Assembly (NCBI GenBank): GCA_000175855.1
Contig: ACYB01000037.1
Span: 90,001 to 122,000 of the forward strand
Reading direction: 5' to 3'
Length of the DNA stretch: 32,000 nucleotides
Origin: Raphidiopsis brookii D9
GTDB lineage: Bacteria; Cyanobacteriota; Cyanobacteriia; Cyanobacteriales; Nostocaceae
The position numbers and the translations under genes were made by a program. Positions 1-11,030 of this stretch are shown here, piece by piece (the stretch's first letter is position 1; every line of letters starts with the position of its first letter). A model generated the notes under the pieces. The model worked only from the letters and a program-made list of their open reading frames with translations, was not told the DNA's origin and did no database searches.

Positions 1-1226
1 AACAACTACTATGGGAAATTGAGAAGTTAACAATTAACCCCACGCAAGACTCCCAAGAAGAAATTGCTCAGGCCTACCACAACCTAGGAACTTTATATCG
101 CCTGCGCATTGAACAGGGAGATGCAAATCTAGACAATTTAATGGTAGCAATTATTGCCTATCAGGAATCCCTCAGTTATGATGACACTTCACCTTTAGTC
201 CCAGACACTTTAAATGATTTAGGTACTCTATATTGGATGCTACATCGCACATCCGTAAGCAGCCAGGAGGCACAAACATATATAGAACAGTCCCTAGAGT
301 TTTACCAATTAGTTTTAAAGATGATTGAATGTGATAGTCAGCCAGAGATCTATGCTAGAGTGCAAAGTAACTTAGCCACAGCTTATGGTGATCTGGCAAA
401 ATTTTGTCAGCCCTTAGAAAATTGGCAAGCAGCAATAAAAGCATATAGGGAAACATTGAATTATCGCAAAGAAGAAATGGATTCTCCTAAATATGCTTCC
501 TGTCAAAATAATTTAGGTACTGCTTATTGGCATCTAGCGCAACATAGTGAACCAGAAAAAATACTTAAACAAGCGATTTCCGCTTATAGTTTAGCCCTAA
601 GTCATTATCAAGCGGAAAAGGATCCTGTTAAGTATGGAATGATTCAAAATAATATTGGCACTGCTTATTGGAACTTATCCCACTATGAAACACCAGAAAA
701 GAATTTGCAATTGGCAATAGATTTTTACCAAGAAGCCTTAAAATATAGAACTCCAGAGAATATTCCCATGGGTTGTGCAGTCACCCGTAACAATTTAGGA
801 ACTGCCTATTGGCAATTGAGCAATCTACCAAATATGAAGGGAGAAAATCGCCAAAATTTACTCAAATTATCTATTGAGACTTATGAAAATACCTTAACTA
901 TAGCCAACTCTTTTGATCGGAAGGATTTGAGTTTTGATATCTTGGGCACACAAAATAATCTAGCAATAGCTCACTACCAACTCATAACCGATTCACATTT
1001 TAAAGGTGATAAAGAAATTGTTTCCTATCATTTACAAACATGCCTAGATTATTTTTTAAAAACTCTAAATGGGTTAGACGAAAATACACAACCTTATCAG
1101 GAAACATTTAACCAAATTGTCAAAATAATTCGCACTTTCCATCATGAGCTAGGTATTCAGGGGCAAAATCTAGCTCTGTCTAAAATTCCTGGCAGTCTGA
1201 TTCCCAAACTTTTACCTCAGTTATAA
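1..1226 (+). CDS. TPR-repeat protein, 5'-partial (the frame is open from the window edge; the track's Met at 141 is internal)
   Basis: Repeated ~40-aa units with NNLGTAYW/NLATAYGDL-type TPR signatures. Frame 3 has no stop from position 3 to 140 and reads QLLWEIEKL...AQAYHNLGTLYRLRIEQGD, another TPR unit. Confidence 0.8.
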   Translation, partial: QLLWEIEKLTINPTQDSQEEIAQAYHNLGTLYRLRIEQGDANLDNLMVAIIAYQESLSYDDTSPLVPDTLNDLGTLYWMLHRTSVSSQEAQTYIEQSLEFYQLVLKMIECDSQPEIYARVQSNLATAYGDLAKFCQPLENWQAAIKAYRETLNYRKEEMDSPKYASCQNNLGTAYWHLAQHSEPEKILKQAISAYSLALSHYQAEKDPVKYGMIQNNIGTAYWNLSHYETPEKNLQLAIDFYQEALKYRTPENIPMGCAVTRNNLGTAYWQLSNLPNMKGENRQNLLKLSIETYENTLTIANSFDRKDLSFDILGTQNNLAIAHYQLITDSHFKGDKEIVSYHLQTCLDYFLKTLNGLDENTQPYQETFNQIVKIIRTFHHELGIQGQNLALSKIPGSLIPKLLPQL

Positions 1227-1301
1227 ACTCTTCCCACCCAATTATGTGAAAAAAGAGCAACATATCGTTACAATAGTTAACAAACCCTATTTTATAGATT
1301 G

Positions 1302-1331
1302 TTGACATGGTACCAAGGGCATTTCTAAAAG
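1302..1331 (+). promoter_or_regulatory. Candidate sigma70-type promoter for the ABC1 kinase gene
   Basis: TTGACA at 1302-1307, an 18-nt spacer, then TAAAAG at 1326-1331, about 45 nt upstream of the ATG at 1377. Sequence pattern only. Confidence 0.3.
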
Positions 1332-1376
1332 GGAATTGTCCACAATTAAACACCCGAAAACACTAATAAAAGCTTA

Positions 1377-3263
1377 ATGATTAGTACAACCCGATCAGAA
1401 ACACACCATCAACCAAAAGTCCTGGCTGAAGCCGAACCAGAACAACTATATTACGACCCTCAACAGATTGCAGCATATTACCAAGATAAACTAGGACAAG
1501 TTTTACAGCGAATATTAGCAGTAATGGTACCTGTACTATCCTTAGTTTTTGCCTTATGGTGGGGTAAAAGGCGAGGAATAGTTGTGGAAAACCACCGCCC
1601 CATAGCCATTCAACTGCGAGAATTGCTGACAAAACTTGGGCCTGCGTATATTAAAATAGGACAAGCTCTATCCACCAGACCGGATTTAGTTCCTCCCATA
1701 TATTTAGAAGAGCTGACTAAATTACAAGATCAACTACCAGCATTCCCCAATGAGATAGCATACCAATTTATCAAAGAAGAGTTAGGTGGTTCACCGGAAG
1801 ATATATACAGTGAAATATCACCCCATCCAATCGCAGCAGCTTCCCTAGGACAGGTTTATAAAGGTAGACTGAAAACTGGGGAAGAAGTAGCAATCAAAGT
1901 TCAGCGTCCAGATTTGCGGGAGAGAATCACCATTGATCTATATATTCTGAGAATTTTAGCTGGTTGGGTGCAAAAAAATGTGAAACGGGTCAGAAGTGAC
2001 CTAGTGGGAATTTTGGACGAATTAGGTAGTCGCATTTTTGAAGAAATGGACTATATCCGGGAAGGGGAAAATGCTGAACGTTTTTTTGAATTATATGGAC
2101 ACCTCCCAGATATTTACGTACCTAAAATCTACTGGGAATATACCAACCGGCGTGTGTTAACAATGGAATGGATTAATGGGATTAAACTTACCCAACCACA
2201 AGAAATTGAGACTTTGGGTATCAATGCGCGTTATCTAATAGAAATAGGAGTACAGTGTTCTCTCAGACAATTACTAGAACATGGATTTTTTCATGCAGAT
2301 CCTCATCCTGGTAACTTATTAGCCACCTTTGATGGTAAACTAGCCTATTTAGACTTTGGGATGATGAGTGAGGTTAAACCACCCCAGCGTTATGGTTTAA
2401 TTGAAGCCATTGTTCATGTTGTTAACCGAGACTTTGACTCTTTAGCAAAAGACTATGTTAAACTGGAGTTTCTCACTCCAGATACGGATCTAACCCCAAT
2501 AGTTCCTGCTTTTGCCAGAGTATTTGCTAATGCTCAGGGTGCAAGCGTAGCTGAACTAAATATTAAAAGTATCACGGATGATTTATCACAGTTAATGTAT
2601 GAGTATCCTTTTAGAGTTCCTCCTTATTATGCTTTGATTATTCGTTCCTTGGTTACTCTAGAGGGAATTGCCATTTATATTGACCCAAACTTCAAAGTTC
2701 TGAGTGAAGCTTATCCCTATGTTTCTAAAAGACTATTAACTGACCCATCGGAAGAATTGCGAGCATCCCTACAAGATCTACTATTTAAAGATGGCAAATT
2801 TCGCTGGAATCGTTTAGAGAACTTGTTAAAAAATGCCCGTAACAATCAAGACTACGACTTAAATTTAGTCATGAATCAAACCGTGGAATTTTTATCTTCC
2901 CAACGTGGTGGATTTATTCGCGATAAATTGGTGGATGAGGTTGTCAATGGACTAGATGCAGTGAGTAAAAATCTTCTCCATAACTTCACCTCCCTACTTA
3001 GACAAAAATTCGGTTTGACAGCAGTTAATGAAGTAGCTGGTGCAACAGTTGAACAACAACAAACCCTAGAACATATTCAGCGAATTGTAGGTATTTTACA
3101 ACAAACTAGAGGTTTTGATCCTAGCAAACTTGCTCCCCAATTAATGGAGATTTTAGTGAATCCCAAAGTCCATCATTTGGGTCAGCAAATTGCTGGTCGC
3201 TTTACCCAAAAAGCTATGGCCAGATTAATTCGTCAGTTATTAATGTCCGAAAAAACACCTTAA
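1377..3263 (+). CDS. ABC1/UbiB-family atypical protein kinase
   Basis: ABC1 motifs AAASLGQVYKGRLKTGEEVAIKVQRPD and FFHADPHPGNLL; an N-terminal hydrophobic segment; length typical of cyanobacterial ABC1K proteins. Confidence 0.9.
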   Translation: MISTTRSETHHQPKVLAEAEPEQLYYDPQQIAAYYQDKLGQVLQRILAVMVPVLSLVFALWWGKRRGIVVENHRPIAIQLRELLTKLGPAYIKIGQALSTRPDLVPPIYLEELTKLQDQLPAFPNEIAYQFIKEELGGSPEDIYSEISPHPIAAASLGQVYKGRLKTGEEVAIKVQRPDLRERITIDLYILRILAGWVQKNVKRVRSDLVGILDELGSRIFEEMDYIREGENAERFFELYGHLPDIYVPKIYWEYTNRRVLTMEWINGIKLTQPQEIETLGINARYLIEIGVQCSLRQLLEHGFFHADPHPGNLLATFDGKLAYLDFGMMSEVKPPQRYGLIEAIVHVVNRDFDSLAKDYVKLEFLTPDTDLTPIVPAFARVFANAQGASVAELNIKSITDDLSQLMYEYPFRVPPYYALIIRSLVTLEGIAIYIDPNFKVLSEAYPYVSKRLLTDPSEELRASLQDLLFKDGKFRWNRLENLLKNARNNQDYDLNLVMNQTVEFLSSQRGGFIRDKLVDEVVNGLDAVSKNLLHNFTSLLRQKFGLTAVNEVAGATVEQQQTLEHIQRIVGILQQTRGFDPSKLAPQLMEILVNPKVHHLGQQIAGRFTQKAMARLIRQLLMSEKTP

Positions 3264-3301
3264 AACTGACTCAGTTAGTTTTCTATTCCTGGCGATCGCT
3301 C

Positions 3302-4207
3302 TTAGGAAATGCGATCGCTCGTTTTGGTGTGGAAATTAGTGATATCTTCGCCTTCAAGAAGTTTTTTAGCTTGTAAAAGTTGTTGCTGATGTTCTTCACT
3401 AACAGTTGGATATTGCAAGTCTAGTCCTTGTAGTTTATCACAGATAATCTCCGACACAACTAGCCTTGTGAACCATTTTCGATCTGCAGGGATGATATAC
3501 CAAGGAGCATATTTAGTACTGGTGTGGTTAAACAGATCTTCATAAGCAATCATATAATCATGCCAAAAAGCTCGTTCTCGAACATCACTTGCAGAAAACT
3601 TCCAATGTTTAGTTGGGGATTCAATTCTCTGGAGAAAGCGTTTTTTCTGTTCCTGTGGTGACACATGGAGAAAGAACTTGAGAATAACAATACCATTATT
3701 AACCAGGTATTTTTCAAAATTGTTGATTTCCTCAAACCGCTGTTTCCAGAGTTGATTACCCTGGGGAACATGATGAAGTCGTTGTCTAGCAAGGATTTCC
3801 GGGTGTACTCTTACCACCAACAACTCTTCGTAATAAGAACGGTTAAATATACCAATCCTACCTCGTTCTGGCAAACACCTAGTGGATCGCCACAGATAAT
3901 CATGATCCAATTCTTCATCACTAGGTGCTTTAAAGCTAAACACCTGACACCCTTGAGGATTTATACCAGACATAACATGTTTAATGGTACTATCTTTTCC
4001 AGCAGCATCCATAGCTTGAAAGATAATAAGGAGAGCATAGGTATTTTGGGCATAGAGAACATCTTGATATGTAGCCAGTTCTCTGATACCCGCTCTTAAT
4101 TTTTTAACAGCATCAGCTTTTTGATGAAATTCAGCTTTATAGCTGGGGTCATAGTCCCCCAAAGAAATTTTCTTTCCTGGAGGGACAATAAAGACATCAT
4201 GATTCAT
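3302..4207 (-). CDS. Polyphosphate kinase 2 (PPK2) family protein
   Basis: PPK2 signatures QAMDAAGKDSTIKHV (Walker-A-like), DYLWR, and IGIFNRSYYEE; a single-domain protein of about 300 aa. Confidence 0.9.
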   Translation of the reverse strand: MNHDVFIVPPGKKISLGDYDPSYKAEFHQKADAVKKLRAGIRELATYQDVLYAQNTYALLIIFQAMDAAGKDSTIKHVMSGINPQGCQVFSFKAPSDEELDHDYLWRSTRCLPERGRIGIFNRSYYEELLVVRVHPEILARQRLHHVPQGNQLWKQRFEEINNFEKYLVNNGIVILKFFLHVSPQEQKKRFLQRIESPTKHWKFSASDVRERAFWHDYMIAYEDLFNHTSTKYAPWYIIPADRKWFTRLVVSEIICDKLQGLDLQYPTVSEEHQQQLLQAKKLLEGEDITNFHTKTSDRIS

Positions 4208-4799
4208 TTAAAGACAATTCTAGAGATGTTTTCTGTAATTCTACCAAACGTGCCAAAACTTCTTGACTGTGAACATTAGGATTAACTCCCAGAAAAATTT
4301 CTCTGAGAGTACCCTGTGGGTCAATAATAAAAGTATGACGCATAGAGAAAAAACCAATCCAGGATCCGTATGCTTTACTAACTGCACCATCAGTATCAGC
4401 TAACAGGGGGAATTTTAATCCCTGGGAGTCACAAAATTTGGCATGGGAGTCCACACTGTCCGCACTTACACCAACAATCCTAGTATTTTTTTCCAGATAC
4501 TTGGGCAAATCCTGTTGAAAGCGTCGTGCTTCAATAGTACAACCAGAGGTGAAATCCTTAGGGTAGAAGTATAAAATCACCCAGTGACCTCTAAAATCAG
4601 CCAGGGAAATCTTACCTTCCCCCGTGTTTGTGGGTAGAGTAAAATTAGGTGCAAGCTGATTAACAGCAGGCAATTTACCACCCAAAGCTATAGCTGTAGG
4701 AGTAATATCTGGGGGAGTGAAATTCAACCAGGTCATGAGCGAGAAAAAAGTCAGAATTAAAATTCTCGTCAAATTCCGTCGGTAAATTAGTGTAATCAT
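4197..4799 (-). CDS. Peroxiredoxin, BCP/PrxQ type, with an N-terminal hydrophobic targeting segment
   Basis: AhpC/TSA motif FYPKDFTSGCTIEA. The N-terminus RILILTFFSLMTWL looks like a signal peptide or anchor. The stop overlaps the PPK2 start by 11 nt. Confidence 0.85.
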   Translation of the reverse strand: MITLIYRRNLTRILILTFFSLMTWLNFTPPDITPTAIALGGKLPAVNQLAPNFTLPTNTGEGKISLADFRGHWVILYFYPKDFTSGCTIEARRFQQDLPKYLEKNTRIVGVSADSVDSHAKFCDSQGLKFPLLADTDGAVSKAYGSWIGFFSMRHTFIIDPQGTLREIFLGVNPNVHSQEVLARLVELQKTSLELSLNES

Positions 4800-4999
4800 T
4801 ATCTATCTTCCTTTTTATCTTGGTTATCCGCATCTTCCCCAATCTTCTCTATTGAATCACAATTTGCCGTTTTAATATGATTGTTAACTCATCCATAGGA
4901 CAAACATTAAAAGATGAAAGTCCAGAAAATGTCATGGCATAATATCATGGCATAAAATTGAGGATCTAACTCCAAGTTCTCTATCTTGCATCTATCAAT

Positions 5000-6511
5000 A
5001 TGTATTGTGACTACTTAGTACAAATTCTCACAGCTAAAGTCTACGATGTAGCTCAAGAAACACCCCTGGAATATGCTCCCAACCTATCAAACCGCATTCA
5101 CAATAAACTGCTGCTCAAGCGGGAAGACATGCAGTCCGTCTTTTCCTTTAAACTGCGGGGTGCTTATAATAAAATGGCCAACTTACCCCAAGACCTACTT
5201 AAACAGGGTGTTATTGCTGCTTCCGCTGGTAATCATGCTCAAGGCGTAGCTCTATCTGCTAGTCGCTTAGGAGCAAAAGCAATGATTGTTATGCCAGTTA
5301 CAACCCCTCTAGTTAAAGTAAATGCGGTTAAATCCCGTGGAGGAGAAGTAATTTTATATGGAAATACCTATGATGATGCTTATGCTTATGCTCGTAAATT
5401 AGAAGCGGAAAAAGGACTAACTTTTATCCATCCTTTTGACGATCCTTATGTCATAGCTGGTCAGGGAACTATTGGTATGGAAATACTACGTCAATACCAA
5501 CAACCAATAGATGCCATTTTCGTAGCTATTGGTGGGGGTGGGTTAATTTCCGGGATAGGAGCTTATGTGAAACGTCTACGTCCCGAAATCAAAATTATTG
5601 GTGTGGAACCCGTGGATGCTGATGCTATGTATCAATCCTTAAAAGCTGGACATAGGGTGCGCTTACCCCAAGTGGGTTTATTTGCTGATGGTGTAGCAGT
5701 AAAAGAAGTGGGAGAAGAAACTTTTCGTCTGTGTCAGGAATATGTGGATGAAATTATGCTAGTAGATACGGATGCCACCTGTGCAGCCATTAAAGACGTT
5801 TTTGAAGATACTCGTTCCATACTAGAACCTGCAGGTGCTTTATCTATTGCAGCAGCTAAATACTATGCAGAAAGGGAACAGATTCAAGGAAAGACTTTAG
5901 TGTCCGTAGCTTGTGGTGCCAATATGAACTTTGACCGTTTACGGTTTGTTGCGGAGAGAGCTGAATTTGGAGAGCGCCGCGAAGCGATTTTCGCAGTGAA
6001 TATTCCTGAGAAACCGGGGAGTCTTAAACAATTTTGTGAGTGTTTAGGTGATAGAAACCTAACAGAGTTTAATTATCGGATTGCGGATGATCGGGAAGCT
6101 CATATTTTTGTAGGTGTGCAGATTGAAAATCGAGCTGATGCTGCTAAAATAGTGGATAAATTCGAACTGCATGGTTTAAAAACCATAGATTTGACCGATG
6201 ATGAACTGACAAAACTACACCTACGTCACATGGTGGGGGGACATTCCTCCCTAGCTCACCACGAACTGTTATATAGGTTTGAATTTCCCGAACGTCCAGG
6301 AGCGCTGATGAAATTTGTCGGTTCCATGTCCCCTGACTGGAATATCAGTCTATTTCATTATCGCAATAATGGAGCGGATTATGGACGCATTGTGGTAGGA
6401 ATGCAAGTACCACCGGGTGAAATGCAGGAATGGCGGGAGTTCCTGGATTCTTTAGGTTACCGCTACTGGGAAGAAACTCAAAACCCCGCCTATAAGTTGT
6501 TTTTGGCATGA
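5000..6511 (+). CDS. ilvA: Biosynthetic threonine ammonia-lyase (threonine deaminase)
   Basis: PLP motif FSFKLRGAYN, GGGGLISG loop, and a duplicated C-terminal ACT-like regulatory region; 503 aa. Confidence 0.95.
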   Translation: MYCDYLVQILTAKVYDVAQETPLEYAPNLSNRIHNKLLLKREDMQSVFSFKLRGAYNKMANLPQDLLKQGVIAASAGNHAQGVALSASRLGAKAMIVMPVTTPLVKVNAVKSRGGEVILYGNTYDDAYAYARKLEAEKGLTFIHPFDDPYVIAGQGTIGMEILRQYQQPIDAIFVAIGGGGLISGIGAYVKRLRPEIKIIGVEPVDADAMYQSLKAGHRVRLPQVGLFADGVAVKEVGEETFRLCQEYVDEIMLVDTDATCAAIKDVFEDTRSILEPAGALSIAAAKYYAEREQIQGKTLVSVACGANMNFDRLRFVAERAEFGERREAIFAVNIPEKPGSLKQFCECLGDRNLTEFNYRIADDREAHIFVGVQIENRADAAKIVDKFELHGLKTIDLTDDELTKLHLRHMVGGHSSLAHHELLYRFEFPERPGALMKFVGSMSPDWNISLFHYRNNGADYGRIVVGMQVPPGEMQEWREFLDSLGYRYWEETQNPAYKLFLA

Positions 6512-6535
6512 GTAAGCACACCTAGTATACCTGAG

Positions 6536-7936
6536 CTATTGGTTGTTACTAGTTGCGGAACTGGTCCACTTCAAGGATAATTCCTGAAAATGATCACCCC
6601 TAACTTCAAAGTTGGCATACTGATCAAAACTAGCACAAGCTGGTGACAACAAAATCGTGGTGGCTTGGTGCTGTTTAGCCAATTGTGCAGCTCTGGGAAT
6701 AGCTTTTTCCATAGTCTCCACAATTTCAAAGTTACCATACCCTAGATTTTCTAACCTTTTACTAAAAGTTTCAGCAGCACTACCAATTAATAATACCGCT
6801 GCGGTCTTCTCTTGAATTCTCTTCAACCAACCCGTGTCGTCTCCTGCTTTTGCTTCACCACCAGCTATTAAAATTGTTGGACTTTTTACCGATGTTAAAC
6901 CTACTTCAGCTGCATCGTAGTTTGTCGCTTTACTATCATTGATGAATTCAATTCCTTCCCATGTACAAACATGTTGTAAGCGGTGGGGAACCCCGGGGAA
7001 TTGCTGTACTCCATAGTTGATAGCAGGAATAGAAATCCCAGCTAATCTTGCTGCTCCCACTGACATAAGTAGGTTTTGCTGATTGTGCTCCCCCACCATT
7101 TTTAGATCTGTGACTGCTACTATTGGTTGAGGTTTAGAATCAGCAGATAGTTTTTCCATTACCCAGCCACTTTCTATATAGAACCCCTTTCCCCCTATTA
7201 AATGACCTAGTCCTTTGACGCTTGTCCAATAAGCATGGGACCAATGTTGTAAACCAACTTTACTTAAATAAGCGTCGTCACCATTAATAATTTGTAAGCG
7301 GGAGTTTGTCAGCAGTTTGGCCTTAATATCATAGTAGTTTTCCAGAGTTTTGTGACGAGCTAAATGGTCTGGGGTAAAAGTCGTCCAAATTCCTATGTAA
7401 GGAGAAAGACTCCAGGAAGATTCTATTTGGTAACTACTGAGTTCACCTATCACCCAGTCTGGTGGTTTTGCGCCTAAAGCTACTTCTAGAGCTACCTCCG
7501 CTACAGCATAGCCAATGTTACCACAAGCAGGAGCATAAAGACCAGCTGCTTGAAAAATAGCCGCCGTTAACGCTGTGGTGGTAGTTTTGCCATTGGTACC
7601 AGTAATTCCCACCCAGGGAATATCTTGCATTTGTCTCCATGCTAGTTCCATTTCTCCCATGGTTTCTATTCCCATCTCTCGTGCTTTAACCAGCAGAGGA
7701 ATATCCCATGGAACTCCTGGACTAACTACGATTAATTTTGGTAATTGGTTCTCTTTTAATTCTGGGTTGTTTCCTAATTTGACAATGATTTGTTCCTGGG
7801 CAAGTTTTTGTTGTTGTTCTAGGAGGAATGGGGAGGTATTACTGTCCCAAATTTCTACCTCCCATCCTTCCTGTTTCAACAATCTCGCCGCAGCAATACC
7901 GGACTTTCCTAATCCCATTACAATGGCTTTTGGCAT
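6536..7936 (-). CDS. murD: UDP-N-acetylmuramoyl-L-alanine--D-glutamate ligase
   Basis: N-terminal [13 protein letters not shown] Rossmann motif, P-loop [12 protein letters not shown], and Mur ligase C-terminal domain features. Confidence 0.95.
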   Translation of the reverse strand: MPKAIVMGLGKSGIAAARLLKQEGWEVEIWDSNTSPFLLEQQQKLAQEQIIVKLGNNPELKENQLPKLIVVSPGVPWDIPLLVKAREMGIETMGEMELAWRQMQDIPWVGITGTNGKTTTTALTAAIFQAAGLYAPACGNIGYAVAEVALEVALGAKPPDWVIGELSSYQIESSWSLSPYIGIWTTFTPDHLARHKTLENYYDIKAKLLTNSRLQIINGDDAYLSKVGLQHWSHAYWTSVKGLGHLIGGKGFYIESGWVMEKLSADSKPQPIVAVTDLKMVGEHNQQNLLMSVGAARLAGISIPAINYGVQQFPGVPHRLQHVCTWEGIEFINDSKATNYDAAEVGLTSVKSPTILIAGGEAKAGDDTGWLKRIQEKTAAVLLIGSAAETFSKRLENLGYGNFEIVETMEKAIPRAAQLAKQHQATTILLSPACASFDQYANFEVRGDHFQELSLKWTSSATSNNQ

Positions 7937-8015
7937 AGACTGTGCAGCATCCCTGGTTAAGCTCCCCCATCTTAGCGTTAATTGGCAAAAATTACACCGG
8001 TTTTGTTAATTTTGG

Positions 8016-10166
8016 CTACAAATTTTTGACGATGGCTCCAAAATCTGCTAAAATGCGACCATGATTACGTAGTAGACCTAGTAAATTCAAACGATTGCGT
8101 TTAATGTCTGGATTTGGATCCATAACTAGCACACTATCTTCTCCGTCAAAAAATTGGCTGACCGTGGGGGCAATTTTTTCCAGGGCGGCTATTAATAACT
8201 GATAGTTGCGCGTTTGTTGGGCAAGTTGGGTCTGGGGCACCAGTGCTACTAGAGCTTGATAAAGGGCGGTTTCGGATGATTTTTGAAACAATGTGGAATT
8301 AATTAATTTATCCGGGATTAATTGTTGCAAGTCTAAATCCCCCTGTGCTGCTAACCTAGTGGAACGATTGATAGTTTCATAGATTTTCTCTAGGGTGCCA
8401 TTATGACGGATTTGTTGTAGATAGGCGGCGCGATCGCGAATGTCTAGTAGGTCCTGTAGTGCGCGTTCTATATATTCCGGATCCTGTTCTCCTAACACAG
8501 CGTTAACTAGATCGTAATCTATGTGTTTTTCTTCTTGAAGTAGGGTACGAATACGTTGGATGAAAAATTCCCGCAGGATGGATATTAAAGATTGACCATC
8601 TTTATGGAAAGTGTGAGCAAAGGAAGTTGCTGTGTACTCTAATAAATACTCCAAATTTATTGGTAGGTTAGCAACCCAAGTAATATTCACAATCCCATTG
8701 GCGGCCCGACGTAATGCAAAGGGATCGGAGGAACCAGAGGGAATTAAACCTAAACCAAAGATGCTAATTAGGGTATCTAGTCTATCAGCTAATCCCACGA
8801 TTTTCCCTATGAGGGTGGTGGGCAAAATATCATCAGCATTTCTGGGTAGATAATGCTCAAAAATGGCTTTAGCTACTTCCTCATCCTCTCCACTAGCTAG
8901 GGCATATTTTTCACCCATAATGCCCTGTAATTCGGGAAATTCATAGACCATTTGGGTGACTAAATCGGCTTTGCACAATAGAGCAGCTCTTTCCACTCTC
9001 TTGGTTTCAGTTTCTCCCAATCCCAATTGTTGACAAATCACCTGGGCTATATTCCCGATTCTTGTGACTTTGGCTCGCACAGAACCTAGATCTTCTTGAA
9101 ATGTAACTGTTTCTAATTGGGGTAAAAAGTCTGCTAGAGGTTTGGCTAAATCCGCTTCATAAAAAAATCGCCCATCCGCTAACCGAGCTCGAATTACCCT
9201 CTCATTACCTAGTGCAATAATATCTGATTTTTCTGGATCTCCATTGGATATGGTGACAAAGTTTGGTAATAGTTCTCTTCTATCCCGGTTTTTAAAAACT
9301 GGGAAGTAACGTTGGTGGGTAACCATGACAGTGGTGGATACTTCTGTTGGTAATTGGAGAAATTCATCTTCAAATTTACCCACCACAGCTGTGGGATATT
9401 CTACTAAATTGGTAGTTTCTGCCAACAGGTCCGGATAAATTTCTGTACAACCACCCAATTCTTCTACAGCTCTATTTACCTGGTCAACAATGATTTTCTC
9501 CCGCTCCTCTGGAGAAACTATCACATAACCATTAGCCAAGGTTTCCACATATTCTGTCGCATGGGAAATACTCACCGCTTCCCGATGTAAAACCCTATGT
9601 ACCCAGGAAATGCGATCGCTCTTGACTATTTTTTCCCCATTTCTCAATTCTAAGGGTAAAACATCTCCATCCAATAAAGCAACTAACCAGCGAATAGGAC
9701 GAGAAAACCTCCCATCCCCACTTCCCCAGCGCATTAACCGCTTTCCTTCTAAACTCCAAACCCATTGGGGAACTAGTTCGGTCAAAATTTCTGTTATGGG
9801 TCTCCCTAGTGTCCTTTTATTGACAAAGATAAAATCCCCCTTATCTGTAGAACGAACCTCTAAAGCGGATAGTTCCACTCCCTGCTTTTTGGCAAACCCC
9901 TCAGCTGCTTTGGTTGGTTTACCATCTTTGAACGCTGCTTGAGCAGGTGGTCCCTTAATTTCTTCGTCCTGATCCGGTTGCTGGGATGGTAATCCAGTGA
10001 TCAGCACTGCTAACCTACGAGGGGTTCCAAAAACCGCCACTTTTTCTATGGGGAGACCATGAGCTTCCAGCATTTGGGGAATGCGCGATCGCCATTGTGT
10101 AATCGCGCTACTCAAAAAGCTTGCTGGTAGTTCTTCTGTACCAACTTCTAATAAAAACGCAGTCAT
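8016..10166 (-). CDS. glyS: Glycine--tRNA ligase beta subunit (start moved to the ATG at 10166; the track's start at 10187 is a TTG)
   Basis: [14 protein letters not shown] is the canonical GlyS N-terminus, and the protein is about 716 aa with GlyS-like sequence throughout. The codon at 10185-10187 is TTG and adds only 7 non-conserved residues. Confidence 0.93.
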   Translation of the reverse strand: MTAFLLEVGTEELPASFLSSAITQWRSRIPQMLEAHGLPIEKVAVFGTPRRLAVLITGLPSQQPDQDEEIKGPPAQAAFKDGKPTKAAEGFAKKQGVELSALEVRSTDKGDFIFVNKRTLGRPITEILTELVPQWVWSLEGKRLMRWGSGDGRFSRPIRWLVALLDGDVLPLELRNGEKIVKSDRISWVHRVLHREAVSISHATEYVETLANGYVIVSPEEREKIIVDQVNRAVEELGGCTEIYPDLLAETTNLVEYPTAVVGKFEDEFLQLPTEVSTTVMVTHQRYFPVFKNRDRRELLPNFVTISNGDPEKSDIIALGNERVIRARLADGRFFYEADLAKPLADFLPQLETVTFQEDLGSVRAKVTRIGNIAQVICQQLGLGETETKRVERAALLCKADLVTQMVYEFPELQGIMGEKYALASGEDEEVAKAIFEHYLPRNADDILPTTLIGKIVGLADRLDTLISIFGLGLIPSGSSDPFALRRAANGIVNITWVANLPINLEYLLEYTATSFAHTFHKDGQSLISILREFFIQRIRTLLQEEKHIDYDLVNAVLGEQDPEYIERALQDLLDIRDRAAYLQQIRHNGTLEKIYETINRSTRLAAQGDLDLQQLIPDKLINSTLFQKSSETALYQALVALVPQTQLAQQTRNYQLLIAALEKIAPTVSQFFDGEDSVLVMDPNPDIKRNRLNLLGLLRNHGRILADFGAIVKNL

Positions 10167-10201
10167 GATTTTACTAATGTTTATCAATCAATTCCACCAG
10201 T

Positions 10202-11023
10202 TTACCTGGAGACGAGGGAAGTTGATGGACTGTGGTTGAGCAGGTTGTGGGTGTACAAGTACTGTTCTTTGACAATTGATGGGGGAAACCTATTTAATCT
10301 ACTCTCTACTACGATGGGGATTGCTCTAGGAATCTGTGCTGCGTATGGAACCCACCAAGTGCTGTCTGTAATTGGTGAATGTATATCTCTTTTGCCATCG
10401 TTATCAGATATATGAATCTCCAAAATCCTCTCCGATGGAAGTTTTAGCCATTCTAGTTTTTCTGACAAGCTCTGATTACGCCAAATATTAATATGTGCTA
10501 AATCAACTACGATTTTTATCTCAGGTAGATCTTCACAAAATTCGGTCAACTCCCAACTGTTATCCAACAGATAATAATTCCAACTATTAGGAGGTGTGGG
10601 ATACATGGTTTCTACTCCCAGGACAATTCCCCGCTTCTCACAGATTTGCTGTAAATGTTGAACATTTTCTTTAAACTGATTATAGGCTTTTTCTCTCTCT
10701 TGACCTCTATGAAAATCTCCTCCATGAACAGAATAGGCTGTTACTTTTAAATCTCCTAACCAGTCTATCATGCACTCAAAATACCTCCATTCCTGGGGTT
10801 CTGCTAGGTTGAAGCTTTTATGAGTTTCTCCCCAAACAAAGGCGTGATGAGCTCTATAAGTCATGCCTTTTTGCTGAAATTCTTTAATCGCTTTCACTGC
10901 ATCCCGATCACAACGCGGACCAATTGCTAGTTCTACCTGCTTGATTCCTAATCCCCAGAACATGGTCAAAATTTGACGAGTTGATACTCCACCATAGGCA
11001 GAGGTGCTAAAGTATAATTCCAT
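10202..11023 (-). CDS. Sugar phosphate isomerase/epimerase-like TIM-barrel protein (xylose isomerase-like / AP endonuclease 2 fold)
   Basis: 273 aa with the family's metal-ligand pattern (SVHGG, VETMY, VVDLAHINIW, EIHISDNDG). Lies 35 nt upstream of glyS on the same strand. Confidence 0.6.
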   Translation of the reverse strand: MELYFSTSAYGGVSTRQILTMFWGLGIKQVELAIGPRCDRDAVKAIKEFQQKGMTYRAHHAFVWGETHKSFNLAEPQEWRYFECMIDWLGDLKVTAYSVHGGDFHRGQEREKAYNQFKENVQHLQQICEKRGIVLGVETMYPTPPNSWNYYLLDNSWELTEFCEDLPEIKIVVDLAHINIWRNQSLSEKLEWLKLPSERILEIHISDNDGKRDIHSPITDSTWWVPYAAQIPRAIPIVVESRLNRFPPSIVKEQYLYTHNLLNHSPSTSLVSR

Positions 11024-11030
11024 TTGTTTC

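Noticed and set aside
3550-4099. Two ORFs (80 aa minus strand, 144 aa plus strand) inside the PPK2 gene
   Set aside because: Both are alternative-frame or antisense shadows of a well-supported PPK2 CDS and carry no motifs.
7575-9942. Plus-strand ORFs 7575-8009, 8632-8853 and 9610-9942
   Set aside because: They are antisense to murD and glyS, have low-complexity Ser/Pro/Ile-rich translations, and are not supported.
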